Counted from the first letter of the stretch, positions 49,618 through 59,943 are shown. The stretch: DNA of 64,000 nucleotides from Acidimicrobiales bacterium (GCA_965216675.1 CBDCGK010000004.1:1061516-1125515), one strand, 5' to 3'. A program made the numbers and translations. The notes: generated from the letters alone by a model not told the origin.

Positions 49618-50571
49618 ATGAACTACACCCGCAGCGATGCCAAGGCCCACGCCAAGGCCACCATGCGAGGAATCTGGGCGGCCGCCCTGATGCCGTTCAC
49701 CGAAGACCACCGCATCGACGAGGACGGGTTCCGGGAGAACGTGCGCCACTGGACCCAGGACCTGGGCATTTCCGGCCTGTTCATCTCGGGCAAGCAGGGC
49801 GAGTACTTCTCGATGAGCGTCGAGGAACGCAAACGGACCTTCGAGCTGGCGGTCGAGGCCACCGGCGACCACGGTCAGACGATCATGTCGTGCTCGGACC
49901 AGAACTTCGATGTGGTGATCGACCTGGCCCGGCACGCCGAAACGGTGGGCGCCGACTACATCGTCGTCCACGCCCCGGCGCTCCACTTCTTCACCGCCTA
50001 TGACGAGACCCTGGTGCGGTACTACACGAAGATCTCCGAAAGCGTCGACATCGGGATCGCCCTGTGGAGCCACCCGTCGAGCGGCTATCTGATGTCGCCC
50101 GAGCTGTGCAACCGCTTGGCCGACCTCGACAACGTGGTGGCGATCAAGTACTCCGTCGACCGCCCGATGTATGCCGAGTTGACGCGGCTGGCCTCGGACC
50201 GGATCCAGGTCAGCACGGCATCGGAGCCCGAGTGGCTCGACAACATCCTCGACCTCGGCTGGAACCTGTACCTGTGCTCGTCACCGCCGTTCCTGCTGCA
50301 GAGCGCCAAGGACCGACGCATGCTCGACTACACCGAGGCGGCGTTGGCCGGTGACGCCGAGCGGGCCAAGGCGATCAGCGCCAGCCTCGATCCGGTCCGG
50401 GAGGCGCTGTGGGGCACCCGTCCGGCCGAGAAGCCGCATTCGCATCAGAAGTACTGGCAGGAGTTGTTGGGCCAGGTCGGCGGTCACGTCCGGTTCCCGC
50501 TGCTGGAGTTGACCGACGAGGAGAAGGCGGTCACCCGGGACGCCTTCGAGCAGTGCGGGCTCAGTCTCTGA
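49618..50571 (+). CDS. DapA/NAL-superfamily aldolase or dehydratase with non-canonical active site
   Basis: MPF..ID, GKQGE, SMSVEERK, Schiff-base lysine in VVAIKYS. Confidence 0.85.
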   Translation: MNYTRSDAKAHAKATMRGIWAAALMPFTEDHRIDEDGFRENVRHWTQDLGISGLFISGKQGEYFSMSVEERKRTFELAVEATGDHGQTIMSCSDQNFDVVIDLARHAETVGADYIVVHAPALHFFTAYDETLVRYYTKISESVDIGIALWSHPSSGYLMSPELCNRLADLDNVVAIKYSVDRPMYAELTRLASDRIQVSTASEPEWLDNILDLGWNLYLCSSPPFLLQSAKDRRMLDYTEAALAGDAERAKAISASLDPVREALWGTRPAEKPHSHQKYWQELLGQVGGHVRFPLLELTDEEKAVTRDAFEQCGLSL

Positions 50572-50573
50572 CT

Positions 50574-51404
50574 GTGGAGTCTGATCCGACGATGGGTTCG
50601 GAGTCATCCGCTGTATCTCGGGTGGTGCTGATCGGCTGGGGGGCCATCGGACGCACGGTGGGTCGGCTGCTGGCCGATTCACCGGTCCGGATCGCGGCCG
50701 TCGCCGTGCGTGACCGGACGGTGGAACGACTCGACCTCCCCCCTGGCGTGGAGGTGATCGGCGACCCGTCCGAGCTCGGCGCGCTCGCCCCCGACGTGGT
50801 GGCAGAGGCTGCAGGGCGTGACACGGTCGTTCCGTGGGGCGACGCCGCGCTGCGGGCCGGGGCCGACGTCGTGGTGTCGTCGGTGTCGGCCTTCGCCGAC
50901 GCCTCGGTGCTCGATGCGCTGCGCAAGACTGCGGCCACCACCGGGAGGCGGATCGAGATACAACCCGGCGCGGTCGCCGGTATCGAAGCGTTGGCCGCGG
51001 CCCGTGAGCTCGGTATCGACGACGTGGAACACCGCATGGTCAAGCCGCCTCGGGCCTGGCTGGGCACCCCGGCCGAGACCCTGTGCGATCTCCACGCCCT
51101 CAGCGAACCGGAGGCGTTCCACCGGGCGAGCGCAGCCGACACGGCGGCCGCGTTCCCGAAGAACGCCAACGTGGCGATGACCACCGCGCTGGCCGGGATC
51201 GGGCCCGACCGCACCCGCATCACACTGGTGGCCGACCCCCACTCCACCCGCAACCGCCACGAGATTCAGGCTCACGGCGCCTTCGGTGAACTCACCGTGA
51301 CCATCGCCAACGCACCACTGCCGGACAACCCGAAAACCTCGGCACTGGCTGCGCTGAGCCTGGTCCGCTGCCTGAAGAACCGCTCGGCCACCCTCGTCAT
51401 CTGA
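50574..51404 (+). CDS. nadX: L-aspartate dehydrogenase family protein
   Basis: IGWGAIG, EAAG, GAVAGIEAL, KPP, FPKNANVA, NRHEI, NPKTSALAALS; start may be 50592. Confidence 0.88.
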   Translation: MESDPTMGSESSAVSRVVLIGWGAIGRTVGRLLADSPVRIAAVAVRDRTVERLDLPPGVEVIGDPSELGALAPDVVAEAAGRDTVVPWGDAALRAGADVVVSSVSAFADASVLDALRKTAATTGRRIEIQPGAVAGIEALAAARELGIDDVEHRMVKPPRAWLGTPAETLCDLHALSEPEAFHRASAADTAAAFPKNANVAMTTALAGIGPDRTRITLVADPHSTRNRHEIQAHGAFGELTVTIANAPLPDNPKTSALAALSLVRCLKNRSATLVI

Positions 51405-51435
51405 CGGCGCCCACGGCTCGAAGCTCGCTGGGCCG

Positions 51436-51942
51436 TCAGAACGGCAGGCAGGTCACCAGGTCGGCGTCGAACGGATCGGCAACCACGACGGCGTGTCCCG
51501 CTTTGTCGTCGATCGACACGGTGATCCGGTCGTCGTCGAGGTCGTCGGTGCGTGGTCGGACCGCCACGACGCCGGTCACTCCTACCAGGTCCTCGAAACC
51601 GAGCGGGTCCAGGGCGTCGACGTAGTCTGCGACGACCTCGCTCAGGTTCTCGCCGCCAACGGGAACCAGGAGACGGACCGACGCCGGGCCGACACCGTTC
51701 CAGCACCGCTCGATCCGAACATCCTCCGTGACCGCCGAGGCGATCTCGACCGGCGCCAGCTCATCATGCAGGGCGTGCGTTGCCGATCGGTATCGCAGCG
51801 ACGCCCACAACGGGAGCCCGATGACAGCCAGGAGCACGAGAACCCCGAACCCGCCGAGGATTCTCACCAGCAGCCGGGTCACGCCGGGCTGTTCGACGGT
51901 CGCCGCTCCGTCGGCTTCGCTCTCCATCCCTCTCGTGCTCAT
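51436..51942 (-). CDS. hypothetical membrane-anchored protein
   Basis: Single TM segment then small domain with two Cys. Confidence 0.6.
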   Translation of the reverse strand: MSTRGMESEADGAATVEQPGVTRLLVRILGGFGVLVLLAVIGLPLWASLRYRSATHALHDELAPVEIASAVTEDVRIERCWNGVGPASVRLLVPVGGENLSEVVADYVDALDPLGFEDLVGVTGVVAVRPRTDDLDDDRITVSIDDKAGHAVVVADPFDADLVTCLPF

Positions 51943-52227
51943 GAGGACATGGTAGAGGCTGCGGCGGCGCAGCACCGGCCGGCTCCACCCGTCGAACCCT
52001 CTCCTCGAACTTTTGGCGGCTAACGTACCGGCAAGCCCGAACTTTGGTGGGTTCAGACCCCCTTTGGGGGGCGCGGAGCGCAAAAAGTTCGATGGTGGAA
52101 AGGGCGGGAGCCAACCAACAACATTCGGTCGTACCCGAAATCGGGGCTAGTCTCGTTGACGCACAAGCCGTCGAGCGGTGAGGACCGGTACCACGCCGGC
52201 CGCTCGAGCACAGACCGAGGAGCAACC

Positions 52228-53313
52228 ATGCCACAGGAAGTACGCGGGGTCATCGCCAAGGCCAAGGGGGAACCGGTCTCGGTCGAGACGATCGTGATCC
52301 CCGACCCCGGGCCCGGTGAGGCCGTCGTCGAGATCAAGGCCTGCGGTGTCTGCCACACCGATCTCCACTACCGCGAGGGCGGCATCAACGACGAGTTTCC
52401 CTTCTTGCTCGGTCACGAAGCGGCCGGCGTCGTCGAATCGGTTGGACCCGACGTGACCGACGTGGCCCCCGGCGACTACGTGATCCTCAACTGGCGGGCC
52501 GTGTGCGGACAGTGCCGCTCCTGCCTCAAGGGCAAACCCCAGATCTGTTTCAACACACACAACGCCACCCAGAAGATGACGCTGGCCGACGGGACCGAGC
52601 TGTCACCGGCCCTCGGTATCGGGGCGTTCTGTGACAAGACCCTCGTGGCCGCAGGCCAGTGCACCAAGGTCAACCCCGACGCCAGCCCGGAGGCCGCCGG
52701 TCTCCTCGGTTGCGGTGTCATGGCCGGCATTGGTGCTGCCATCAACACCGGCGGTGTCGGGCGGGGTGACTCCGTGGCGGTGTTCGGTTGTGGCGGTGTC
52801 GGCGATGCCGCCATCGAAGGGTCCCGCATCGCCGGGGCGTCCACGATCATCGCCGTCGACATCGACGACGCCAAACTGGAGCTGGCCAAGCAGTTCGGGG
52901 CCACCCACACCATCAACTCATCGAACGAGGACCCCGTCGAGAAGATCCGGGAGCTGACCGACGGCAACGGTGTGGACGTGGCCATCGAGGCCATCGGCCT
53001 CCCCCAGACCTACGAGCAGGCGTTCTACGCCCGTGACCTGGCCGGCACGGTCGTGCTGGTCGGTGTCCCCAATCCGGAGATGAAGGTCGAGCTGCCGTTC
53101 ATCGAGATCTTCGGCCGAGGGGGCGCCCTCAAGTCGAGCTGGTACGGCGACTGCCTCCCCAGCCGCGACTTCCCGATGCTGATCGATCTCTACCTCCAGG
53201 GCCGGCTCAACCTCGACGGGTTCGTCTCCGAGACCATCGGCATCGACGACGTCGAGGAGGCCTTCCACAAGATGGAACGCGGCGAGGTGCTGCGTTCCGT
53301 CGTGGTGATGTAG
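52228..53313 (+). CDS. mscR: S-(hydroxymethyl)mycothiol dehydrogenase / S-nitrosomycothiol reductase
   Basis: [51 protein letters not shown]. Confidence 0.93.
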   Translation: MPQEVRGVIAKAKGEPVSVETIVIPDPGPGEAVVEIKACGVCHTDLHYREGGINDEFPFLLGHEAAGVVESVGPDVTDVAPGDYVILNWRAVCGQCRSCLKGKPQICFNTHNATQKMTLADGTELSPALGIGAFCDKTLVAAGQCTKVNPDASPEAAGLLGCGVMAGIGAAINTGGVGRGDSVAVFGCGGVGDAAIEGSRIAGASTIIAVDIDDAKLELAKQFGATHTINSSNEDPVEKIRELTDGNGVDVAIEAIGLPQTYEQAFYARDLAGTVVLVGVPNPEMKVELPFIEIFGRGGALKSSWYGDCLPSRDFPMLIDLYLQGRLNLDGFVSETIGIDDVEEAFHKMERGEVLRSVVVM

Positions 53314-53325
53314 GCGGTCCTGACC

Positions 53326-53952
53326 ATGCGACTAGACCGAGTGATCACATCCGGCGTGTTCAGCCTCGACGGGCAGGACTTCGACGTCGACAACAACGTG
53401 TGGATGGTGGGCGACGACCACGAGGTGATCGTCATCGATGCCGCCCACAACGCCGAGCAGATCCTGGCCGGGGTTGGTGATCGGACGTTGAAGGCCATCG
53501 TCTCGACCCACGGCCACAACGACCACATCAACGCGGCGGTCGAGGTGGCGACCGCGGCCGGCTGCCCGATCTACCTCCACCCCGACGACGCCATGTTGTG
53601 GGACGTCGTCTACCCCGAGCACCGGTTTGACACCGAGCTGGCCGACGGCAACGTGCTCACCGTCGGCAACACCGACCTGCGGATCATCCACACCCCGGGC
53701 CACTCCCCCGGCGGCTGTTGCCTGTATGTGCCGGCCGAGGGCGTGCTGTTCAGCGGGGACACGCTGTTCAACGGTGGCCCCGGCGCAACCGGGCGGTCGT
53801 TCTCCAGCTACGACGTCATCCTCGACTCGATCGAGCACCGGCTCTTCGGCCTCCCGCTGGAGACGGTGGTCCACACCGGCCACGGCGACTCGACCTCGAT
53901 CGGGGCCGAGGCACCGAGCCTGGGAGCCTGGCGGGCCGCGCAGCAGGGTTGA
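53326..53952 (+). CDS. MBL-fold hydrolase (Rv2260-like partner of mscR)
   Basis: TSGVFSLDG..VDNNVW, THGHNDH, TPGHSPG, GHG. Confidence 0.92.
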   Translation: MRLDRVITSGVFSLDGQDFDVDNNVWMVGDDHEVIVIDAAHNAEQILAGVGDRTLKAIVSTHGHNDHINAAVEVATAAGCPIYLHPDDAMLWDVVYPEHRFDTELADGNVLTVGNTDLRIIHTPGHSPGGCCLYVPAEGVLFSGDTLFNGGPGATGRSFSSYDVILDSIEHRLFGLPLETVVHTGHGDSTSIGAEAPSLGAWRAAQQG

Positions 53953-53959
53953 TCCGGCG

Positions 53960-54754
53960 TCAGCCCAGCAGATCCGGATAGCGGCCGAGCACCATGTCCC
54001 GCCGCCGGTTGAGCGGCCGGCCCAGGATGCCGAAGCGGGCCGGTTCGATCTCGGGCTGGAAGGTGCCGAACATCTTGTCCCAGACGCAGAGCACGGCCCC
54101 GAAGTTCTTGTCGAGGTAGGTCTGGTTGGTGCCGTGATGCACCCGATGATGGCTCGGCACGATGAACACCCGCTGCAGCCAGCCGTTTGGCTTCGCGGGG
54201 AACCGGTCGGTGTGCTGCACGATCGAGATCAGCGCGGCGAGCGTGTCGATGCCGACGACCAACCGGAAGTCGAATCCGACGAGCGGCATCCACAGACCGA
54301 ACGGGATCTTGTAGAGGTTCTCCATCCAGGGGATGCGGGTGGCGCAGCTCGGTGACATCGTCTCGAACGAATGATGGATCGAGTGCGACGCCCACAGCCA
54401 CCTGTTGGTGTGCTCCAGGCGATGGGCCCAGTACGAGACGAAATCCCGCATCAAGAAGATGCCGAGCCATGTGAACGGGTTCCACAGGTCCAGGTCGAAC
54501 AACCGAAACCGGTACAGGAAGACATGGATCGGCAGCATCAGCCCGTAGCCGGCCACCACCTTCACCGCCATGAACGAGAACCCGGCGACGGCCGACAGCT
54601 TCATCTCACCGACCGGTACGGCTCGGCCCGACAACAATCGAGAGATGACCTCTGCACCAACCGTGAGGGCCAGCCCGACAGCCATGACCAGCGGCGCCCG
54701 GTCGGTGAAGGCGAACCAGAGGTTCATGAGCTGGTGAACGGAGATCGAATCCAT
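53960..54754 (-). CDS. sterol desaturase / fatty acid hydroxylase family protein
   Basis: His boxes HRLEH, HSIHHS, QH, HHRVHH; DKNFG..WDKMFGTF. Confidence 0.9.
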   Translation of the reverse strand: MDSISVHQLMNLWFAFTDRAPLVMAVGLALTVGAEVISRLLSGRAVPVGEMKLSAVAGFSFMAVKVVAGYGLMLPIHVFLYRFRLFDLDLWNPFTWLGIFLMRDFVSYWAHRLEHTNRWLWASHSIHHSFETMSPSCATRIPWMENLYKIPFGLWMPLVGFDFRLVVGIDTLAALISIVQHTDRFPAKPNGWLQRVFIVPSHHRVHHGTNQTYLDKNFGAVLCVWDKMFGTFQPEIEPARFGILGRPLNRRRDMVLGRYPDLLG

Positions 54755-54788
54755 ACCTCTGGTTTACGACGGCTCACCCGTCGGCCAT

Positions 54789-54821
54789 ATCCGGGCAATC
54801 CCCCAACCTGGGTTGGGGATG
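54789..54821 (-). promoter_or_regulatory. shared regulatory motif, copy 1
   Basis: 27/33 identical to 62851-62883; 35 nt upstream of the start codon. Confidence 0.7.
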
Positions 54822-54864
54822 CCTCTGGGGATCCCCGTCGGGGCACCACCAGTACACTCCCGGG

Positions 54865-55551
54865 ATGGGGAATCCGTACTTCACCGCCAGGACGTTTCGC
54901 TTCCTGAAGGACCTGGGCGAGAACAACTCCCGCGAATGGTTCAAGGCCAACCAGGACCGCTACGAGGCCGACGTCCGGGAGCCGGCACTCGACTTCATTG
55001 CCGCCTTCGCCGAACCACTGGCCGGGATCTCACCCCATTTCGTGGCCGACACCCGCAAGGTCGGCGGGTCGCTGTTCCGCATCCAGCGCGACACCCGCTT
55101 CGCCGCCGACAAGACGCCCTACAAGACCAACACCGGTATGCAGTTCCGCCACGAGCAGGCGAAAGACGTGCACGCTCCCGGCTTCTATCTTCACATCGAA
55201 CCCGGCAACTGCTTCATGGGTGTCGGTCTCTGGCGACCCGAGACCGCTGCGGCCTACGCCATCCGAGACCGAATCGACGCCGAACCCAAGCAGTGGCAAT
55301 CAGCCACGACCGGCAAACGGTTCACCGAGCTGTTCGGCCTCGAGGGCGAGTCGCTCGTCCGCCCCCCAAAGGGGTTCGCCGCCGACCACCCGCTGATCGA
55401 CGATCTGAAGCGCAAGGACTTCATCGCCACCACCCGCCTGACCCAGCGGGCCGTCACCAGCGGCGACTTCCCGGCCGACTTCACCGACAGCTGCAAGCGG
55501 GCCGCTCCCTTCATGCGGTTCCTGTGCCAGGCGCTCGACGTCCCGTTCTGA
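54865..55551 (+). CDS. DUF2461 (TIGR02453) family protein
   Basis: NNSREWF, FRIQRDTRF..DKTPYK, PGFYLH, LVRPPKGF; TACACT-N6-ATG. Confidence 0.92.
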   Translation: MGNPYFTARTFRFLKDLGENNSREWFKANQDRYEADVREPALDFIAAFAEPLAGISPHFVADTRKVGGSLFRIQRDTRFAADKTPYKTNTGMQFRHEQAKDVHAPGFYLHIEPGNCFMGVGLWRPETAAAYAIRDRIDAEPKQWQSATTGKRFTELFGLEGESLVRPPKGFAADHPLIDDLKRKDFIATTRLTQRAVTSGDFPADFTDSCKRAAPFMRFLCQALDVPF

Positions 55552-55605
55552 CGTATCACCCGAAATACCCGGAACGTAGCGGTCGGGCGCTGTCATAGTG
55601 GACCC

Positions 55606-56598
55606 ATGGACCGAAGGAAGGATCCGAGGGCGATCGAGGTCGAGGAGCTGACACGTTCCTTCACCGTCGGCCGCCGGGCCAAGCGGCGAACCATCCGGGC
55701 CGTCGACGGAATCTCATTCGCCGTCGAGCCCGGCGAGCGCCTGGCCTTCATCGGGCCGAACGGGGCCGGGAAGTCGACGTCGATCAAGATGCTCACCGGC
55801 ATCCTCTACCCCACCTCCGGCCGGGCCACGGTGCTCGGCCTCACCCCCTGGGACGAGCGGCGGGCCCTGGCCCATCGGATCGGCACCGTCTTCGGGCAAC
55901 GGTCCCAACTCTGGCACGAGCTGCCGGCCCGCGCCTCGTTCACGATGCTGGCCGCCGTCTACGGCCTCGACCGCCCGGCAATGGATCGCCGGGTCGCCGA
56001 GCTGGGCGAACGGCTCGGCGCCACCGATCTGTTCGACCAGCCCAGCCGAACGCTGTCACTCGGCCAGCGGATGCGGTGCGAGTTGGCTGCCTGCCTGCTC
56101 CATTCGCCCGACCTGCTGTTCCTCGACGAGCCGTCGATCGGGCTCGACCTCGTGGCCAAACAGCAGTTCCGTCAGCTGCTGGTCGAGCTCAACGAGGAAC
56201 TCGGCTGCACCATCTTCCTGACCAGTCACGACGTGGCCGACATCGAGCATGTCGCCGACCGGGCCATCATCGTCAACCACGGGGTCGTGATCTACGACGA
56301 CACCGTTCGGGCAATGCGGGGAACGCTGCTGCGGACGAAGCGAATCGAGGTCAGCTTCGTCCGGCCGGTCGAACACGACGAGCTTGCCGCGCTGCTGCCG
56401 GAAGGGAGAGCGGTCACGGTGACGGAACATTCGGCGGCCAAGACGAGGCTCGAAGTCGACACCAATGTGGTAGCTGTTGGCGACGTGCTGAACCGGCTGC
56501 TGGCCGCCGGGTCCGTGATCGACCTCACCGTCGTCGACCCGCCCCTCGACCAGGTCATCAGCGAAATCTATCAGAGGCCCCTCCATGTCGATGGTTGA
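55606..56598 (+). CDS. ABC transporter ATP-binding protein
   Basis: GPNGAGKST, LSLGQRMRCE, LFLDEP, TSHD. Confidence 0.94.
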   Translation: MDRRKDPRAIEVEELTRSFTVGRRAKRRTIRAVDGISFAVEPGERLAFIGPNGAGKSTSIKMLTGILYPTSGRATVLGLTPWDERRALAHRIGTVFGQRSQLWHELPARASFTMLAAVYGLDRPAMDRRVAELGERLGATDLFDQPSRTLSLGQRMRCELAACLLHSPDLLFLDEPSIGLDLVAKQQFRQLLVELNEELGCTIFLTSHDVADIEHVADRAIIVNHGVVIYDDTVRAMRGTLLRTKRIEVSFVRPVEHDELAALLPEGRAVTVTEHSAAKTRLEVDTNVVAVGDVLNRLLAAGSVIDLTVVDPPLDQVISEIYQRPLHVDG

Positions 56599-57406
56599 GC
56601 CGCAAACGCATCGCCGTGGCCCGAGCCGCGCCACCACCGTCCTCGCCAACGCGTTCACGAGCCGAACCCGGGCCTATCTGGCCAACCCGGCGGAGCTCGT
56701 GTTGAACACGGCGATATACCTGCTGGTCACGCTGGCCCTGACCGGACTGTGGCGGGTGGCGGTCGAGTCGGCCGGCGGTGAGATGGTCGGGTACGGCTCG
56801 GTGGCCATCGTCTGGTACATCGCCACGACCGAGGTCTCGATCATGTCGTTGCCCGCTCGGGTCATCGAGTACGAGAGCGACATCATCGTGAGCGGCGACA
56901 TCGAGGTCGAGCTGTTGCGTCCCATCGACCTGTTCTCATTCCGCGTGGCCAGTTGGTTGGGACACGCCGCCCCCAAGGTGCTGTGTTGCGTGGCCGTCGG
57001 GTTCATCTGGGCATCGTGGTTCGGCGGGGCACCGGCAAGCGCCACGGCGCTGCTCATGGCCGCCCCGGCGATCGCGCTGGCCATCCTCAACAACATCGTC
57101 GGCCAGATCGGCGTCGGTGCCTGCTCGTTCTGGATCCGCGACATCCGAGGCCTGTGGTTCATCTACCAGAAGCTCGTCTTCCTCCTGGGCGGCATGTTGC
57201 TGCCGCTGGAGGTGTTGCCGTCGAGCGTCGAGACGGTGGCCAAGGCCTTGCCGTTCATGACGATGGCCTACGTTCCCGGTCGGCTGGCCTCCGGTCACGC
57301 CGAGCCGATGCTGCTGGTGATCCAGGTGGCATGGTCGGTGGTACTGGTCGCCGGGTCGACCTGGCTGTTCGCCCGCGGTGTCGAGCGGATGAGGAGACAG
57401 CCGTGA
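56585..57406 (+). CDS. ABC-2 family (DUF990-type) permease
   Basis: Multiple TM segments, GDIEVELLRP, LGGMLLPL. Confidence 0.88.
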   Translation: MSMVEPQTHRRGPSRATTVLANAFTSRTRAYLANPAELVLNTAIYLLVTLALTGLWRVAVESAGGEMVGYGSVAIVWYIATTEVSIMSLPARVIEYESDIIVSGDIEVELLRPIDLFSFRVASWLGHAAPKVLCCVAVGFIWASWFGGAPASATALLMAAPAIALAILNNIVGQIGVGACSFWIRDIRGLWFIYQKLVFLLGGMLLPLEVLPSSVETVAKALPFMTMAYVPGRLASGHAEPMLLVIQVAWSVVLVAGSTWLFARGVERMRRQP

Positions 57407-58230
57407 CCGCGACGACCAGATCGGTGACCGACCGGCCGAATCCCACGGGGTTGCGGTGGATCACGACCGCCGTGCTGCAGACCTGGGCCGGATCGATCGC
57501 CGAAGGATGGAGCAACCGCCGAGGTTTCTGGGTCCAGGTCGGGGCCATGATCGCCAACGACATCGTCTGGGTGCTGTTCTGGATGTTCTTCTTCCGCCGC
57601 TTCGTGTCCATCCGAGGCTGGGAGTTCGCCGACCTCATCGTCCTGCAGGCGGTCCTGACCACGTCCGCGGGCTTCGTGCTCGGTCTGCTGGCCAACAGCC
57701 GCCTCATCGGGCATGCCATCGCCGAGGGTGAACTCGACGCCGCGCTCGGACTGCCGATTCCGACCCTCCCCTACCTGCTGGTGCGACGAATCGACGTGAC
57801 CTTCGTGGGCGACATCTTCTTCGGGATCGGCCTGTTCTTCATCATGGCCGATCCGACCCCCATCCGGCTGGCGATCTTCGTCGCCGCGGCTGTGGCGTCG
57901 GCGGCGGTGATCGCCGGATTCCTGGTCCTGGTCGGTTCCACCGCCTTCTACCTCGGCCGCTCGGAACTCGGGGATCTCGGTTTCCACGCGCTGTTGCTGT
58001 TCGCGTCGTACCCGATCGATCTCTTCGGTGGTCGGGCCCGGCTGCTTCTGTATGCCGTGATTCCCGCCGGGTTCGTCTCCGGGGTTCCGGTTCGCCTGCT
58101 CAGCGACTTCGACTGGCGGTGGGCCTTGGCGTTGATGGCCGTTGCGGTCGGATTCGTGACGGCGGCCGTCGTCGTGTTCAACCACGGCCTGCGCCGCTAT
58201 ACCAGCGGTTCGGTGTGGACCGGGGCGTGA
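57403..58230 (+). CDS. ABC-2 family (DUF990-type) permease
   Basis: IRGWEF, GELD..L..P, YPIDLF, GLRRYTS; GTGA overlap. Confidence 0.88.
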   Translation: MTATTRSVTDRPNPTGLRWITTAVLQTWAGSIAEGWSNRRGFWVQVGAMIANDIVWVLFWMFFFRRFVSIRGWEFADLIVLQAVLTTSAGFVLGLLANSRLIGHAIAEGELDAALGLPIPTLPYLLVRRIDVTFVGDIFFGIGLFFIMADPTPIRLAIFVAAAVASAAVIAGFLVLVGSTAFYLGRSELGDLGFHALLLFASYPIDLFGGRARLLLYAVIPAGFVSGVPVRLLSDFDWRWALALMAVAVGFVTAAVVVFNHGLRRYTSGSVWTGA

Positions 58231-58278
58231 CACAGGGGTCTCCGACCCGAGTCGGTTGGCGGATAGGATCGAACGCTC

Positions 58279-58842
58279 ATGACCGACAGCAACCGCTACA
58301 TCGCACTGCTCCGGGGGATCAATGTGGGCGGCCACAACAAGATTCCGATGGCGGAACTGCGGGCCGCCCTGACCGAGCACGGCTTCGCCGGCGTCAGCAC
58401 CTACATCGCCTCCGGCAACGTGCTGCTCGACGCCGGCGATCGGACCGAAGCCGACGTCGTCGCCGAGGTGACAGATGTTGTGGCCGACCGGTTCGACCTC
58501 TCGATTCCCATCGTCGCCCGGTCCGTCGCCGATTGGCCGCCGATACTCGCCGCCAACCCTTTCCCCGACGCCGAGTGCGAGCCCAAGTTCCTCCACGTCT
58601 CGCTCTGTGACCGCGTTCCCGCTCCTGAGGCCGTCGCCGACTTCGACGTCGACGCCTACCTTCCCGACCGCCTGGCGATCGTGGGACGGGAACTGTACCT
58701 GTGGTACCCGAACGGCTCGGCCCGATCGAAGCTCACCGGAGCGGTGCTGGAGCGACGGTTGGGCGTGACGACGACCGCCCGCAACTGGTCGACCATGGTC
58801 AAGTTGGCCGAACTGGCGTCATCGATGACGGGCCGGAGCTGA
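58279..58842 (+). CDS. DUF1697 family protein
   Basis: YIALLRGINVGG, TYIASGNV, TARNWST. Confidence 0.92.
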   Translation: MTDSNRYIALLRGINVGGHNKIPMAELRAALTEHGFAGVSTYIASGNVLLDAGDRTEADVVAEVTDVVADRFDLSIPIVARSVADWPPILAANPFPDAECEPKFLHVSLCDRVPAPEAVADFDVDAYLPDRLAIVGRELYLWYPNGSARSKLTGAVLERRLGVTTTARNWSTMVKLAELASSMTGRS

Positions 58843-58853
58843 GGACGGTCGCC

Positions 58854-59378
58854 GTGGAACCCTTCCCTACCGCCGGCGGTGACGACGCAGCGACGCTGTG
58901 GACGATCGTGGTCGCGGTCGTCATGGTGCTCGGCTTGATGGGTGTCGTTCTGCCGGTACTGCCGGGCCTGCTCCTGATCTGGGCGGCGGCCCTGTTCTAC
59001 GGCTTCATGGTCGGATTCGGAACCATCGGTTGGACCGTGGTCGCCATCCTCACCGTGTTGGCCGGGGCCGGCGCGATCAAGAGCGTGGTGATACCCCGCC
59101 GGGCTGCGGTCAAGTCCGGAGCCTCGGGCTGGGCGCAGTTCGGAGCGGTCGTCGGCGGCGTCGTCGGGTTCTTCGTCATCCCGGTGTTCGGGCTGATCCT
59201 CGGCGCGCTGGCCGGACTGCTTTTCGTCGAGTACGCCCTGAAAGGCGACTGGAACGAGGCGATGGTCGCGGTGCGGGGAACGGCGAAGGGGTTCGGGGTC
59301 AGCGTGATCATCGATCTGATGCTGGGCTTCGTCATGATCGTCGCCTGGTCGGTGTGGGCGGCCTCGGTGCTTTTCTGA
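58854..59378 (+). CDS. DUF456 family membrane protein
   Basis: GVVLPVLPG, GAS, FVIPVFGLILG. Confidence 0.85.
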   Translation: MEPFPTAGGDDAATLWTIVVAVVMVLGLMGVVLPVLPGLLLIWAAALFYGFMVGFGTIGWTVVAILTVLAGAGAIKSVVIPRRAAVKSGASGWAQFGAVVGGVVGFFVIPVFGLILGALAGLLFVEYALKGDWNEAMVAVRGTAKGFGVSVIIDLMLGFVMIVAWSVWAASVLF

Positions 59379-59448
59379 CGACAGGGCGCGCGCCGGCGGC
59401 GTCGTCTGTCGAACAGCAGGGTCGAGCCGATCAGCCGGATCGGGCCGA

Positions 59449-59943
59449 TCAGCCGTCTCCGGCGGAGCCCGGTGGTCCGAACCGCTGCCGAAAGCTGAAC
59501 GCTTCGGCCGTCGGACCGTGTTCGGCCAGACGGTGGAGCCGCTCGATCGCCTCGGCAACCGTGGGCACGGTCCCCGCCGGGATCCACCACATCACCGTGA
59601 CCGGGAGTCCTTCCACCGGCTCGAACCATTCGGCGCGACGGCGAACGAATCCGACATGATCGGTCTTGTAGACGTAGGAATGGAACGACTCGAAGTCGGT
59701 CCACACCGACATGTTCAACAGCATGTCCGGGTCGTCGAAGGCCTGAATGGAGGTGGCGTTGCCGTCGTCGGTCTGGAGACGCCAGACGAACCCGGGTGAC
59801 GCATCGGCGAGCGCATTGATCCGATCGAGGTTCGCCATGAACTCTGCCATGACAGGGCCGTCGGTCGGTCCCTTCGCCCTGGCGACGTTGAGCTGGGCGA
59901 GGTGATGACTGTCGGCGGTCGCCGTGGAACCGGAATCGGTCAC
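59449..59943 (-). CDS. DUF3291 family protein
   Basis: HLAQLNVA, INALADASPGFVWRL, NMSVW, VMWW, GPTAEAFSF. Confidence 0.92.
   Translation of the reverse strand: MTDSGSTATADSHHLAQLNVARAKGPTDGPVMAEFMANLDRINALADASPGFVWRLQTDDGNATSIQAFDDPDMLLNMSVWTDFESFHSYVYKTDHVGFVRRRAEWFEPVEGLPVTVMWWIPAGTVPTVAEAIERLHRLAEHGPTAEAFSFRQRFGPPGSAGDG

Noticed and set aside
51992..52092. TCGAAC half-sites as LexA SOS boxes
   Set aside because: None forms the TCGAAC-N4-GTTCGA arrangement.
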